The notes beneath the pieces were generated by a model that was not told the DNA's origin, ran no database searches, and was given only the letters and a program-made list of their open reading frames with translations. From an uncultured Bacilli bacterium (GTDB taxonomy: Bacteria > Bacillota_I > Bacilli_A > RF39 > UBA660), in contig CANRBS010000003.1 of the NCBI GenBank assembly GCA_947628895.1, forward strand, positions 1,325-65,324: 64,000 nt of DNA. The letters run 5' to 3'. Positions 46,699-60,000 of this stretch are shown here, piece by piece; positions within the stretch are counted from its first letter, which is position 1, and the number at the start of each line of letters is the position of its first letter. Made by a program: the position numbers and the translations under genes.

Positions 46699-47262
46699 TC
46701 ACCCTGTTACATCATTACTTATTTTGATTTTAGCAGCAAATAAATAATTTTTAGAAGAATATTTTGTCATATCAGCTGTATCTTTTAATTTCAAAACCAT
46801 TTTATATGTATGTTTATTTTTAGGAGTAATACTTCCTGAGCCAATATCTCTATTTAAAACTGGAATTGGTGTTTCATTTCTATTAATTACTATATTTGAA
46901 TTATCTTTACTATCAGAAGTACCTTCTAAAGTATAAGCAAAATCATCATCAACCATATTTGAAAGTGGTGTTATAATTTCAAAACTAATTTTATATTTAC
47001 CTATTGCATCTTCACTTGAATTTTCTATAGTAAACTCTACTTCTTTTTCAAAACCAGGTTTAATATTATATCCATTTATTTGATCAGGACTATAAAATGT
47101 AGTTAACATATTAACATATTTAACATTAACATTTGAATTATCTTTATCTTTAATTACCTTTTTATAATATGCATAAGAAGTTGCTATAAACATTGAAAAA
47201 ACTGCTAATAAAACTATTAAATATAACATTATATTAAACTTTTTAGGTTTATTTTTACTCAT
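46699..47262 (-). CDS. TasA/CalY (camelysin)-like secreted beta-sandwich protein
   Basis: 187 aa. N-terminal ...LLAVFSMFIATSYAYYKK resembles the SipW-dependent signal region. ...IKPGFEKEVEFTIENSSEDAIGKYKI... parallels the TasA PGD...F.F.N.G motif. Confidence 0.5.
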   Translation of the reverse strand: MSKNKPKKFNIMLYLIVLLAVFSMFIATSYAYYKKVIKDKDNSNVNVKYVNMLTTFYSPDQINGYNIKPGFEKEVEFTIENSSEDAIGKYKISFEIITPLSNMVDDDFAYTLEGTSDSKDNSNIVINRNETPIPVLNRDIGSGSITPKNKHTYKMVLKLKDTADMTKYSSKNYLFAAKIKISNDVTG

Positions 47263-47364
47263 AGCTATCCTCCTTATTCATATTTTTATGATAACAAATT
47301 TATAATTAGTTTACAATAAAGGCAATTAAAAAAGTGAATTACTTCACTTAAATTTTACAATATT

Positions 47365-47940
47365 TTATTTTTTTGGATATTTAGATTCATCTGCAATTTG
47401 AACTGATAAGTATCCACTAAATTCTTTTCCTTGTGCAGCATTTTGATCTGCATCTACATAATTAAGTCCTATTGTATATTCATAAGTATGAGCTTCATAA
47501 CCTTCAATAACTCCACTACCAATAATTGTACTTTCTGTAGGGACTTCTTTAGATTCAATTTTTGCAAGAGTACCACCATTTGCATTACCAGTTCCAGTTA
47601 AAGAATGAACAAATTGACCATCTGCATTAGGAGTTAATGTATTTGATTCTACATTTAATATTATATTATATTTAATTTGACCAGTTGCAGCTGGATCTGT
47701 TTGACTTATTGTAAAAGTCTTTTTAGTAGATGAACCAGGAACAAGCTCTTTCATATCAATAGTAATTCCATCATTAAAGTTTACTTGACCTAAATTTGGT
47801 GATGAAATACCAATATTAGCTGGATTTTCATTACCACTTACATTAATACTAAACCATGCAAAAGTAGCACCGATTATAGCAACTAATAATGTAGCAATAC
47901 CAATTATTGAAAGAAATATTGATTGACCTTTATCATCCAT
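47365..47940 (-). CDS. TasA/CalY-like secreted protein with SipW-type signal peptide
   Basis: 191 aa. ...IGIATLLVAIIGATFAWFSINV... matches the G(G/A)TFA(F/W)F(S/T) SipW-cognate signal. ...LVPGSSTKKTFTISQ.... Confidence 0.6.
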   Translation of the reverse strand: MDDKGQSIFLSIIGIATLLVAIIGATFAWFSINVSGNENPANIGISSPNLGQVNFNDGITIDMKELVPGSSTKKTFTISQTDPAATGQIKYNIILNVESNTLTPNADGQFVHSLTGTGNANGGTLAKIESKEVPTESTIIGSGVIEGYEAHTYEYTIGLNYVDADQNAAQGKEFSGYLSVQIADESKYPKK

Positions 47941-48013
47941 AATTTATATTCTCCTATATTTTCTAAAATAATAATACCAATTATTGACAAAAAATTCAAG
48001 TAAATTAATATTT

Positions 48014-49216
48014 TTAATTTATTTTTGATAATGTAATTAATGGTTTTATATCTAAATCATTAGTTAAATTTTCTAATATATAAAATTCTCCATTATTTTG
48101 TATAGAAGTTCCTTTATCTTTTTGATATGAATTAATAGCAAAATAATTACCTGTTATTAAATCTTTATCTTCTATTTTTTGATATGCTCTATTATACTCA
48201 TCATAAGAAATAATTTTTATTTTACTATTAGTATAAGATGAACAAGTATAATTATTTTTATCAATCATTTCTTTTGTAAGTCCACCACAATTTTCATTAT
48301 TGCAACTATAATTATCATATTCATCACATATTTCTTTTGAAACTAATTTATTTCTTATATTTTCTCCTAAATTATTAATATATACATTATTTAAATAATA
48401 ATTTATATATGAGTTACTCCATTTATAAGAAACTCTACTGTCTTTAGTATAATAGCAAAATTCACTTTCTTCATTTAAACAATGTGATATTTTTTCATCT
48501 ATTGGTGTATATTTCATAAGTGTAATATCATTATTAGTATCGTCTAAAACTAACCATTCTATACTATCAAGTATTACAACAGATCCACTACAATAATAAA
48601 GTTCACTATTATATTCTGTTTTAAATGAATTTAAACAATCTACTTTAAATTCAATTACATCACTAATATTTCCATCTTTATCTTTAAACCAAATATAATT
48701 ATTACCTACAGTATATGAATTTAATATAATATTATCTTTATAATCTTGTTTTATCCAATTACCTTTAAAATCATCACTATTTGATAACATATATTCTAAA
48801 TTAGTTTTATTAGATGAAAATGATATAATTTTATTATTTCTTATAATTTCTACATCAATATTTTCAAAATCTTTACATTTACCATCTAATATTTCAATAT
48901 TACCTAAATATGTTTTACTTACACATTTATTATTTGAATTTATTTTAAATCTAACATTTTTATATTTATCAATATTAATAATTCCATTCCCATCAAAATA
49001 ATATTTTTCTTTTAATAAAGATCCATTTTCACTAAATACAAAACCATCTTTATATAAATAATTACCTTCATTTAGCATATATAAATATTTTAACATTTCT
49101 TTAGATTTATTTATTGTATGAATACCATTATATTTACCCATAAAAAAGAATAATACACTTAACATTAGTATTATGAATATAAAAGTTACAATTATATACT
49201 TATAAATTTGCTTCAT
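48014..49216 (-). CDS. N-terminally anchored extracellular protein, unknown function (first gene of the SipW/TasA-like string)
   Basis: 400 aa. TM helix YIIVTFIFIILMLSVLFFF. The C-terminal part is Cys-rich (...ICDEYDNYSCNNENCGG...NYTCSSY...). Confidence 0.6.
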   Translation of the reverse strand: MKQIYKYIIVTFIFIILMLSVLFFFMGKYNGIHTINKSKEMLKYLYMLNEGNYLYKDGFVFSENGSLLKEKYYFDGNGIINIDKYKNVRFKINSNNKCVSKTYLGNIEILDGKCKDFENIDVEIIRNNKIISFSSNKTNLEYMLSNSDDFKGNWIKQDYKDNIILNSYTVGNNYIWFKDKDGNISDVIEFKVDCLNSFKTEYNSELYYCSGSVVILDSIEWLVLDDTNNDITLMKYTPIDEKISHCLNEESEFCYYTKDSRVSYKWSNSYINYYLNNVYINNLGENIRNKLVSKEICDEYDNYSCNNENCGGLTKEMIDKNNYTCSSYTNSKIKIISYDEYNRAYQKIEDKDLITGNYFAINSYQKDKGTSIQNNGEFYILENLTNDLDIKPLITLSKIN

Positions 49217-49298
49217 AGCTAATATTATAAAATATTATTATTTAAAAAGTAAATAAAAATGATGATAAAGTATTAATAAATCATCATTTTTAAGTTAT

Positions 49299-50834
49299 TT
49301 ACTTATTTGTATCAATTCTATTAAATAAAATTTCTGCTTCATTTAATATAATATTTGTTTCTAAAGAACCAAATTCTAATGTATCAAATGTTATATTTTT
49401 AGTATTTAACATTTTAAATATTCTTTCACTTGTATTTGGAATAAATGCATTTAATAATATTGCACTAATTCTTATACTTTCAAGTAAATTATATAATACT
49501 GTTTTAAGTCTATCAGTATTTTTTTCATCTTTAGCTAGTACCCATGGTGTTGTATCATCTATATATTTATTACTTCTTTTTAATAATTCAAATATATCTT
49601 CAAGTGCTTCATTTACTTTTAATGAATTCATTTTATTTTCTACAATACCTGGTAACATTTTAGCATAATTAATAAGTGCATCATCAACAGGCTCGTATAC
49701 AGCTGGATTTTCAACTTTTGAATCAAAATATTTTTTACTCATCGCGATAGTTCTATTAACTAAATTTCCAAGTGTATTTACAAGATCAGCATTAGTTCTT
49801 GCAATTAATGCTTCTTCACTAAAATTACCATCATTTCCAAATGGAACTTCTCTTAATGCAAAATATCTTACTGCATCTACTCCATATTCATTAATATATT
49901 CTCTTGGATCTTTATAGTTTCCAGTTGATTTAGATATTTTACCACCATCTATAATTAACCATCCATGACCAAATACTTGACGAGGTAATTCAAGACCTAA
50001 ACTCATTAACATACAAGGCCAAATAATTGTATGAAATCTTACTATTTCTTTTCCAACTAAATGTAAATCAGCTGGCCAATATTTTTTAAACAATTCACTA
50101 TTAGTATCAGGATATCCAAGTGAAGTGATATAGTTTGATAATGCATCAATCCATACATAAATTACATGTTTATCATCAAATGTTACTGGTATTCCCCATT
50201 TAAATGAAGTACGAGATACACATAAATCTTCAAGACCTGGTTTAATGAAATTATTTAGCATTTCATTTTTTCTACTTATTGGTTGTATAAAATTAGGATT
50301 TTTATCATAAAATTCAACTAATTTATCTTGATATTTTGATAATCTAAAAAAGTATGCTTCTTCTTTTACTTCATGAACATCTCTATGACAATCTGGACAT
50401 TTTCCATTTTCATCTAATTGACTTTCAGTCCAAAATGATTCACAAGGTGTACAATAAAGACCTTTATATTCTCCTTTATATATGTCTCCTTTATCATACA
50501 TAATTTTAAATATTTCTTGTACTCTTTTTTCATGATCTTCATCTGTAGTTCTAATAAAGTAATCATAAGAAATACCAAGTTTACTCCATAAATCTTTCGC
50601 ATTTTCAATAATTGGATTTACATAATCAATTGGACTTACTCCTGCCTCTTCTGCTTTCTTTTCTATTTTTTGTCCATGTTCATCAGTACCAGTTTGAAAA
50701 AACACATCATATCCTGAAAGTCTTTTGTATCTAGCAATAGCATCAGCAATTATTGTAGTATAACAATGTCCAATATGAAATTCAGCACTTGGATAATATA
50801 TTGGTGTTGTTATATAAAACTTTTTCTTTTCCAT
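49299..50834 (-). CDS. metG: Methionine--tRNA ligase (short form)
   Basis: 511 aa. ...TTPIYYPSAEFHIGHCYTT... (HIGH), Zn knuckle ...CTPCESF...CPDCHRD..., ...GKISKSTGN... (KMSKS). AAAGGAGG lies upstream. Confidence 0.95.
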   Translation of the reverse strand: MEKKKFYITTPIYYPSAEFHIGHCYTTIIADAIARYKRLSGYDVFFQTGTDEHGQKIEKKAEEAGVSPIDYVNPIIENAKDLWSKLGISYDYFIRTTDEDHEKRVQEIFKIMYDKGDIYKGEYKGLYCTPCESFWTESQLDENGKCPDCHRDVHEVKEEAYFFRLSKYQDKLVEFYDKNPNFIQPISRKNEMLNNFIKPGLEDLCVSRTSFKWGIPVTFDDKHVIYVWIDALSNYITSLGYPDTNSELFKKYWPADLHLVGKEIVRFHTIIWPCMLMSLGLELPRQVFGHGWLIIDGGKISKSTGNYKDPREYINEYGVDAVRYFALREVPFGNDGNFSEEALIARTNADLVNTLGNLVNRTIAMSKKYFDSKVENPAVYEPVDDALINYAKMLPGIVENKMNSLKVNEALEDIFELLKRSNKYIDDTTPWVLAKDEKNTDRLKTVLYNLLESIRISAILLNAFIPNTSERIFKMLNTKNITFDTLEFGSLETNIILNEAEILFNRIDTNK

Positions 50835-50844
50835 TTTATTCCTC

Positions 50845-51045
50845 CTTTAAAATAAAAAAGTCATAAACTAAAGGACGAGATTTTCCCGTGGTACCACCTT
50901 AATTCATGACTTTATAATCATCTTATAATACCTTAACGCGGTATTAATATACGTTTGACTCCAGAACCATTTTTGAGTATCTCATTATTAGTTTACACCT
51001 ACCACTAACTCTCTTTAAAATCAATATCTCTCTCTTTCCTTCTTT
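50845..51045 (-). promoter_or_regulatory. T-box riboswitch leader of metG (Met specifier)
   Basis: The minus strand carries the T-box core AATTAAGGTGGTACCACGGG (50904-50885). A terminator helix follows, AAAGTCATGAA (50913-50903) / TTTATGACTTT (50867-50857), plus TTTTTATTTT. Stem I region is AGAGAGTTAGTGG.... The candidate specifier is AAUA-AUG-A, with AUG at 50985-50983. Confidence 0.8.
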
Positions 51046-51088
51046 GTCAATGATTAAATTTTATCATATTTTTATTCAAAAATCTATT

Positions 51089-54000
51089 TTATTTATTTAC
51101 TTTAAAATTTATTTCTTGTTGTACTTCATCTGCAAAAATTTCATCTTCAAAATCATGAGTTAAATTTTTAAGAGTATAATAAATATCTTGTCTTACTTTA
51201 GTACTATTTGGATAGCTTCTTCTATTAGTAACATCTACACGACACCAATAATTTTGTAAGCAATTTGGTTCTCTTTCCATTTTAGCTGCTAAATCAACTC
51301 TTGTAGATTCAGCATCTTTTACTAAAGCATCATATAATTCTTGAACATATTTATTTACATCAATACCTTTTAGATATGGTAAATTATCTTCAGTTTGTGC
51401 AAATCTAGCTTTTTTGTATTCATCAAAATTCTCATATTTGCCATTTGAAATAGTTTTAATAGCCATATTATCTGTCTTATAATTTACTTCAGTATATCCT
51501 TTTGATGGATCTTCTAGCTCATTATAAATTTTTTCTTTTACAGAATGGATATTACTATAATATTCTACATAACCATCTTGATATCCTTTATAACCAAGCA
51601 TTTCATAAGCTATCCATTTTAATGCATAAGAATCAGGTCTACCATAAGGGTTATATGGTTGATACCAGTGAGCAGTGTTAATACCTTCGCCTCCATATGA
51701 ATTAGAACCCCTTGATGCATATAAGTAAACTCCTGCATATTTCATAATTCTATTATCAATTAAGTCATATACTGTATCTAATTGCATTTTATCCCATTCT
51801 GAAGATGGTATTTGACTATAACCTGTTGTCTGACGAGCACGATATATATTACCATCATCTTTATATTTCTCTTCATTTGGATAAGAAACCTTAATACCAA
51901 TTTCAGCTTTATCAGATGAATTTAATTGTAAGAATGCTTGTGCTTCTATGTAATCTATTACATATATTGTTTCAAATACTTTTTCATAAAAATCTTGTAT
52001 TTTTTCTGGTGTATCTATTCTAGATGGATCTAAGCTTGAACCTATTTTTTCATCTGCATCAAAATGTACTGATAAATTCATAACAATATCATTTGGTCCG
52101 AATGATTGCATTAAATTACTATCAGCATAATCTTCTCCTCCAGCATCAAATCTTCTTCCATTATTTTTTAAGAATAGTCTTGCATCAATATTATGTGCTG
52201 TTTCATGAGTAAATGTATGATATGTATATTCTTGAATATCTTTATTTAATTCTTTAGCTAAGTCTTTATCAATGTAACCATCCATTAGTCCTTCTGCACT
52301 CCAGTCAATTCTATCTCCCCAAGCAACAGCTGCATTTCCATCACTAGTTTGCCAACGATTAGTTACTTCATTAAAGTTTTTATGGAATGGTTCTTCTGTT
52401 CCAACTTGTTGATATACAAGCACACCATTTTCATCATATGCATATCTCTTATCAAGATGGAAAGTATGAATATCATTAAATAACTTAGCATCCCCGAGTA
52501 TTTTATATGCTGTATTATAATAAGTACTCATTCTATCAGCATAACTCTTAACTCTTCTTTTAAATATACTTTGTTCATATTCACTTTCAGGATTTTCCAT
52601 ATAACTTCTTTGTGCTCCGATTACATATTGAACTGGAGTAGAAATTACATAAGCTGCATTTTTTGGAAGAGTTAAAATTGGTAACATCATGTCATAAGCA
52701 CGATGTGGTTTATAATTTGCATCTTCATTACTAAAATGATCCCATAAAGTATATTGTATTTCATCTTCCATTCCTTTAACTGGAAGTTCAACTAAATAAC
52801 CTTTAAATTGTTTTCTAGTCCATTCATCAAGATCTCCATCTCCAAATTCAGTTACCATATATTCTATAAATTTAGCAATAGTATCTTGTTTAGTATAACT
52901 TCCAAGAACAGTCGCATATTTTGTTCCAGTTGAAGAAGTAGCAAAATTATTATCATCACTAAAATATAATTCAATTATTTTATCTGGTGTTAATGATTTA
53001 TCAAAGCCATCCATATTAAATAACATAAAGTCATATAATTTCATTCCATCTATATCTAAATCATAGAATCTTCTAAAATAATTATACATATAAAGTGCCT
53101 TTTCTATTTTATTATTTTCTTTAACACTCTTTTCAATATAATTATTAATTATATCGTTATCTAAAGTATTTGTATAATTACTATTAGATAAGAATTTAAG
53201 AACAAATTCTTTTAATTCATTTTTTGTTGTATCATTATAAAAATCTTTATATATTCTACTATCTATAGAAGGTGTTAAAACATCTAAATTTTCAGTATAT
53301 TTTAATCCTTTTAAATAATTAGTTAAATTATTTACAACTTGTGAGTCATCATTAATTATATAATTACTATAATTATAACTAATATTTAATTCTGGAACAT
53401 AATAACTAGCTACAAAATCATATGTATTATCATAAAGTACTTTATATTCTTTATGTTCATTAGTTTTATAAACTAATTTTATTTTACTTATTTTTTTAAC
53501 ATTATCACTTGTTAAATAATTTACTATATTACCTTTTGAATCAACAGGTAAAATATGTGTAAGCTCTTTATTAATTAAATTACTATCTTTAACATTTTTT
53601 GCTATATCAATTATTTTATCAAGTTTATAATATGGCATTAATTTCATTAAATTATTATATAAATTTATATTATTTTCAGCAAATGCACTATTAGTAACAT
53701 CTTTATATTCTCTTTTCTTTTCATATTGGAATATTGGGATGTTTTCATAAGATACATTATCTAAACTCCATATTTTTTCACTAAATCCATTATCAATAAA
53801 GAATTGTTTATTAATAGCATTTTTAGTAATTTTTGTAAATCCTGAAACATTAATATCTACTTCATTTTCATCATCTACATAATAATTATTTTTACTTTCT
53901 TTAAATCCTCCAGGTCTATGATTAAATCCTGTAGTTAAACTAATATTATTTGTAAATGTATTATTGTTACCTGATGCAATATCAAATACATTTTCAAGAC

Positions 54001-57000
54001 CCATTCCAGTATTAATTTCTACTTTAATGATGTTATTTTTTATTGTACAACCATTAGCAATTCCTATAAGACCTGATCTAAAATTCCATCCTCCAGGAAT
54101 TTTACCATTTGCATAACTATTTTCAATTGTTGTATTAGTTGCATTTCCAATAAATCCACCTATTTGTTGTAGATTTGCCCATCCTGCATATATATTAAAT
54201 GAATCAGCGGCACTATTTTTAATTGTTGTATTAGTTGCATTTCCAAAGAATATACCAACTCTACCTTCATTATTTGCTTTATAATAATTGTGAACCATAA
54301 CATTTTCAATAGTAGATTCATTTGAATTATTTGCAATAGTACCAGTACCATTACCATCATTTGCAATTGATGGCATAGTGACATCTTCAAATTTAATATT
54401 TTTTATAGTTGCATGATCTATTTTATTAAATAAAGGTTTATTTAAATTTTTAATAGTAAATCCATTACCATTTAAAGTAGAAGAGTATTCTTCAACATAA
54501 TATCTACTATCATCATTAAACATACTAGCATCATAGTTTTTAGTTAGTGTTACTTCTTGATTAGATTTAAGTTTTTTAAGTAATGCTTCAAATGCTTCTT
54601 TAGGATGTGTCTCGTTAATAGCACTACCATCATTTATTTCACCAAAATCAATTATTAAATCACTAGAGTTAGTATTTCTAATAGATGAATGCATACAATC
54701 TAGTACAAATATTAAATGTCCATTTTCTTCTTTTACGGCTTTAATATTAACTCTAATACTCTTAAGATTATCCATATTAATTTCTACAAAATAAGATTCT
54801 TTATTACTATCAATTTCTGATTTTGATACTTTATTAATAAGAGTTACTTCTTCTTTTCCATCTTTTGATGTTACTTTATATAAATTAACATCATTGATAT
54901 CTTTAAATTCAACATCATTAATTTCCAAAGAAATTATTTCATCTAATAATTTTGTATCTTTATTATAGTTTTCACTATCATTTTTTACATCTAAGTCTCT
55001 ATCATAATTTGCAGTTATTAATACATAATATCTACTTACTTTATCTTCTAAATTAATAGTAAATGTATTTTTATAACTTTCATCTATTAATATGGTTCCA
55101 TCTTCAGTAGTAATTTTAACATTAGCTACCCCATCTATAGAAGCATCACTATCTACTAGAATAGATGTAATATTTATTTTATCATTTTTAACTTCATACT
55201 TATAATTTGTGATTTTAGGTATATCTTTTAATATTTCAAATTTTATAGTATAAGGATTATTTAATTTAATTTTTTTACCATTACTTAAAGTGATATCACT
55301 AATAGTTATTTCTTTTTCACCAAAAGTATTATATCCATCAATTGTAAACTCATATACATCATCTTTTTTAGTTAAATTATATTCCTTATTTCCTATAAAT
55401 ACTTTCTTTAGACTTAATTCATCTAAATCATCACTTACTTTGAAATTTAATTTAACTTTTTCATTTTTTTCAAAATATTTATTGTTATTTTTACTAATAG
55501 CTACTCCATCACTTATAATCATGTTTTCATATTTATTAGTTATAAATAGACCATATTTTGTTTTATATATTTCTTCATTTGTAAATTCATTTTCATCTAT
55601 TCCATCTTTTTCTTTAAAGTAGTCTGTATCTAAATCATAACTTGCTTTAAATATTAATTCAAGGTCAGTATCTTTATTTACATGTTCAAATTTTATAGTA
55701 TTATGATTTCTTTTAAATTCATGTTCTTCTTCTCCTAGTATGACACTACCTTTAATAAAGCTTTCATCATTTTCTTTTGCTGAGTCATCTAGTTTTACAT
55801 CAAATTCAAAAGTTACACTTCCCTCATCATAATTTTCTTCTTTAACTTTTAAATTTTCAATTTTTGGTTTATCTTTTAATACTTCAATTTCAATATCTTT
55901 TTTAGGTACTGAATAATAATCATTTTGTTTATCATAATATGAATTTAATTCTAATTGTACTCTACTAGCTGATAATGTTAAAACTCCTGATTCACTTGGT
56001 GTAGTAATACCTATTTTTCCTTTATAAATTCTAGGTTTATCAGTTGATTCTCCATTTGGAATATAATTTTTTCCATTAACTGTTACAATAGAAAGTCTAG
56101 TATAACTTTTATTATTATTAGTCTTTATATTTTCTCCAACATAAACATCATAACTAATTTCGTAATTTTTTACATTTTTATTTACATATTTAGATTTCTT
56201 TAAACTAATTGCTTCTATAAATATTTCATCACTTTGAGTTAATATTTCATTTTCTCCTATATTTTGATTAGTATATGTATATTTATTTGAAAGACTATAG
56301 TCTGCTAGGAATTTAACTCTATATTTACCATCTTTATTTTTATCATAAGATAAAGTTATTCCAACACTTTCTCCATCTATAGTAGCTTCATCTAATGGAA
56401 TATCAGCAGTCGCGATTATTTTATCAGTTGAATCAACTAATACAGCTTTTAATTTTGATATAGCATAATCTTCATCATTTACTTTATATTTTGCTGTTAT
56501 AGTTTTATCAGATGAATTATTAGTAAGATTAATATTAGTTATACTTGGTGAGTTTTTCAAAACAGTATATGAAAGTACTCTTGCATTAAAATTAACATTA
56601 TTTTTAAATGTTTTTAATCCTAATGTTACACTATTAAATATTACTTCATGTTCTTTAAAACTCATATCAGCATCATTTATTACAACTTCATATCTATTAT
56701 TATTTTCTTTTACACTATATGTTTTATCATTTAAAGTAACTTTTTCTATTTTTAATCCTTTTGTATTAGTACTAGTAAATGTTACGATTGGTTTTTCGTT
56801 TTCTTTAATAGCATCTGTAATTGATACATCAGTTAAAGTAAAATTATATTCTCCACCTATTAAGAATGAATGCTCATACATATTCATATTATCATGAACA
56901 TTATTGCTATCTCCTTCTATACTATCTAAATCATAACTACCAATAACTTTAATACTATAAGTTTCTTCATCTTTAAAATCATAATCTATAAATTGTGTTT

Positions 57001-60000
57001 CTTTTGATTTTAAATCTTTTGTTAAATTATTTGTATTTAATTTATCATTTATAGTAATTGTTCCATTTTTAAATGCATTATCAACATCAACTAATTCATA
57101 ACTTAATGTTTTATTATCTTCACCAATATTAACTCTATTAACATAAGGAACATCTTTTAAGACATCAATTTTAATTTCTAATGGGGCTTTTACTTTTATA
57201 TCTTCACCTAATAATACTTTTTCTATATTATATATTTCTTCTCCAGCATTTTTAGCCGCGATTAAATTAATACTATAAGCTCCATTTTTATAATTAGCTT
57301 CTACTAATGTTCCATCTTTCATTATAAATGCAGTTATTTTTAATGAAGTTTCAGGATTAATTGTTGCTGTTAAATTAATTGGTTTTTCTTCTTCTTTACT
57401 AAAATAATAATTATTATCTGATAATTTTAGATTAATTTTATATATTTTAATTTCATGATTTTGAATTAAATATTCAGTATGTTCATGTAAACCATTATCT
57501 TTAGAAGAGTCTAAATCATAATTAACTTTAATATCAACAGTATAAATTCTTCCATTATCTAAAGATGATGTAATATCAGTTAAACTAATCTTATTATTAC
57601 CTTTTTTAATAGGATATTTTTTTACTTCTTGATTTTCAAATTTAACAATTACTTCACCTGGATCGCTTTTTAATGCATTATCTTCATCTATAATATCAAA
57701 TGTAATAATTGGTGTTTCTTCTGATTCATCAATAAAGAAATTTTCTACTTTAGGTTTATCTTTTAATACATCAATATTATAAATTAATTCTTCTGTTATT
57801 TTATTATCATCTAAAGTTATTTTATCTATTTTATATTCTTTTATTCCAGCTGTAGATGGGGATTTTACTATAACTCCATAAGATCCATCATCATAATGAG
57901 TTGGTGCATAAGGTTCATTATTAATAGTAACTTTATTAATATAAGCAATATTATCACCTGGAACAATTTTAGCATTGAATTTTAATTCTACTTCACTATC
58001 TTTATTTGCATAATATGTTTTTTCTCTAAAATGTGAAATACTAACAGCATAAACAGTTAATTCATAATTAAATAATGATCCGTCAAAATCATTTTTATTA
58101 TTATTTTTATCATTATCTAAATCATAATATCCTGTTATTTTAACATCATATTTAAAACCTTGTTCAAGTTTTACACTATATGCAAAATCTCTTAGATTTA
58201 AATCTAATTCATGTTCAAAAACAGATTCTTTTTCTCCTATTTTAGTTATAATAATTTTAGCTTTACTAAGAGATTTATCTTTATCATCAACAGCAAATGT
58301 AATTCTTTCTTCTTTTTCATGATATATAAAATCAATAACTGATGGTTTTTCTTTTAGAGTAAAATATGAAATACTCATTTCAGATAATACTTTAGTATCA
58401 TCACCTAAAATAACTGAAGTTATTTTAGATTTTACTTCTCCATATTTTGAATTTGCATCCATTTCAAGAACATAGTTTCCATTTTTATCAATAGATACAT
58501 CATATTCTTTATTATCAATTACAATTTTTTTAATTTTTTGATTAAGTGTTTTTGGATTAATTTCTGCTTTAAAATATAATTTAACTTTTTCATTTTGAGA
58601 TACATATAAATTATTTAAATCAGTTATAAAATTAATTTTAACTTCTCCATTTGTAATAGTATCAAAATATAAATTTTGATCTTTATAATAATTACTATTA
58701 GAATCTAATTTATTAGTATCTAAGTCATAATTACCACTAATTAATATAGTATAGTCTTTACCAAATTCTAATAAAGCATCTAATGAAATATTATTTGATT
58801 CAATATTAATATCTTTATCTAAAACTAGTTTACTATTTTTTATATCTTGAAGATTAACTTTTCCTTCTACTACTTTTATATGAAGAGATTTTAATGATTT
58901 ATCTTTATCATTAATATTAAAATTAATTTTTCCATCTTTATAATTAAAGTTTTCTATTTTTGGTTCAGTTTTTAAAACTTCAACAGTAAATTTTAAATTT
59001 TTAACATTTATTTCTCTTCCGTTTGTTAATATTACTTTTGTAATTGTATAATCATAAACACCTGATGTTGAAGGCATTTTCATTAAAACTTTATAATTAT
59101 TTTTATCTATTTCTACTTTATATGCTTTCCCATCAATATAAACTTCTTTTATTTTAACGGTATTTGGATTAATTGTAGCACTAAATTCTAAATTAGCATT
59201 TTCATTCTTAGCAACATAAACATTATTATTATTAACACGATTTAATTCAACTTTATAATTAGTTTTATTTGTAGTATCTTTTTCTTGTTTAGCAGAGTCT
59301 GTTATAGTGATTTGTCCATCACCATTAACATCATAATCTTTATTAGGAGTATTATTTTTTTCATTAGTTATATCAATTAAATATTCATTAATTTTATTAG
59401 CATCATCATAATCTTTAACTCCATCATTATTACTATCTCCTCTAGAATTAATAATGAATACTAAACTTATAGTAGCAATAGAAAATAATGCTAAAAGTAT
59501 ACCAAATATAATATTTAATTTTTTTCTTAATTCATCATTTATTTTTAATTTGTCTTTTAAAATATTTATATTTATTAAAATAAGACCAATGATTAAAGCA
59601 ACAATCAAAACAATACCAGTAATTATAAATGGTTTAATAGCTAAAATACTAAATGTATTTCCTAAAATTTCTACATTATTTGAATAAGCATTACTAGGCT
59701 TTTCACCACTAGTATTTTCAACTGTTAAAGTTATACTTGTACTATTAAATTCAATATCTTTTTTACCATCTGATGCAGTAGGATTATTTAAAACAATTTC
59801 TGTTTTTCCTGGTACTGGATTATTTTTAACAAATAATTTTAACATAAATAAATGTGATTTTACCATTCCAGATTTATTTAATAAAGCAAATTTATTATTT
59901 TCTTCATTATAAACAATATTTGACCATTCATCTTGTTCTTGAAAATTATTAGTATTTATTACTTCAAAAACATTTTCATCAAAACTAAGATTTGCAAGAA

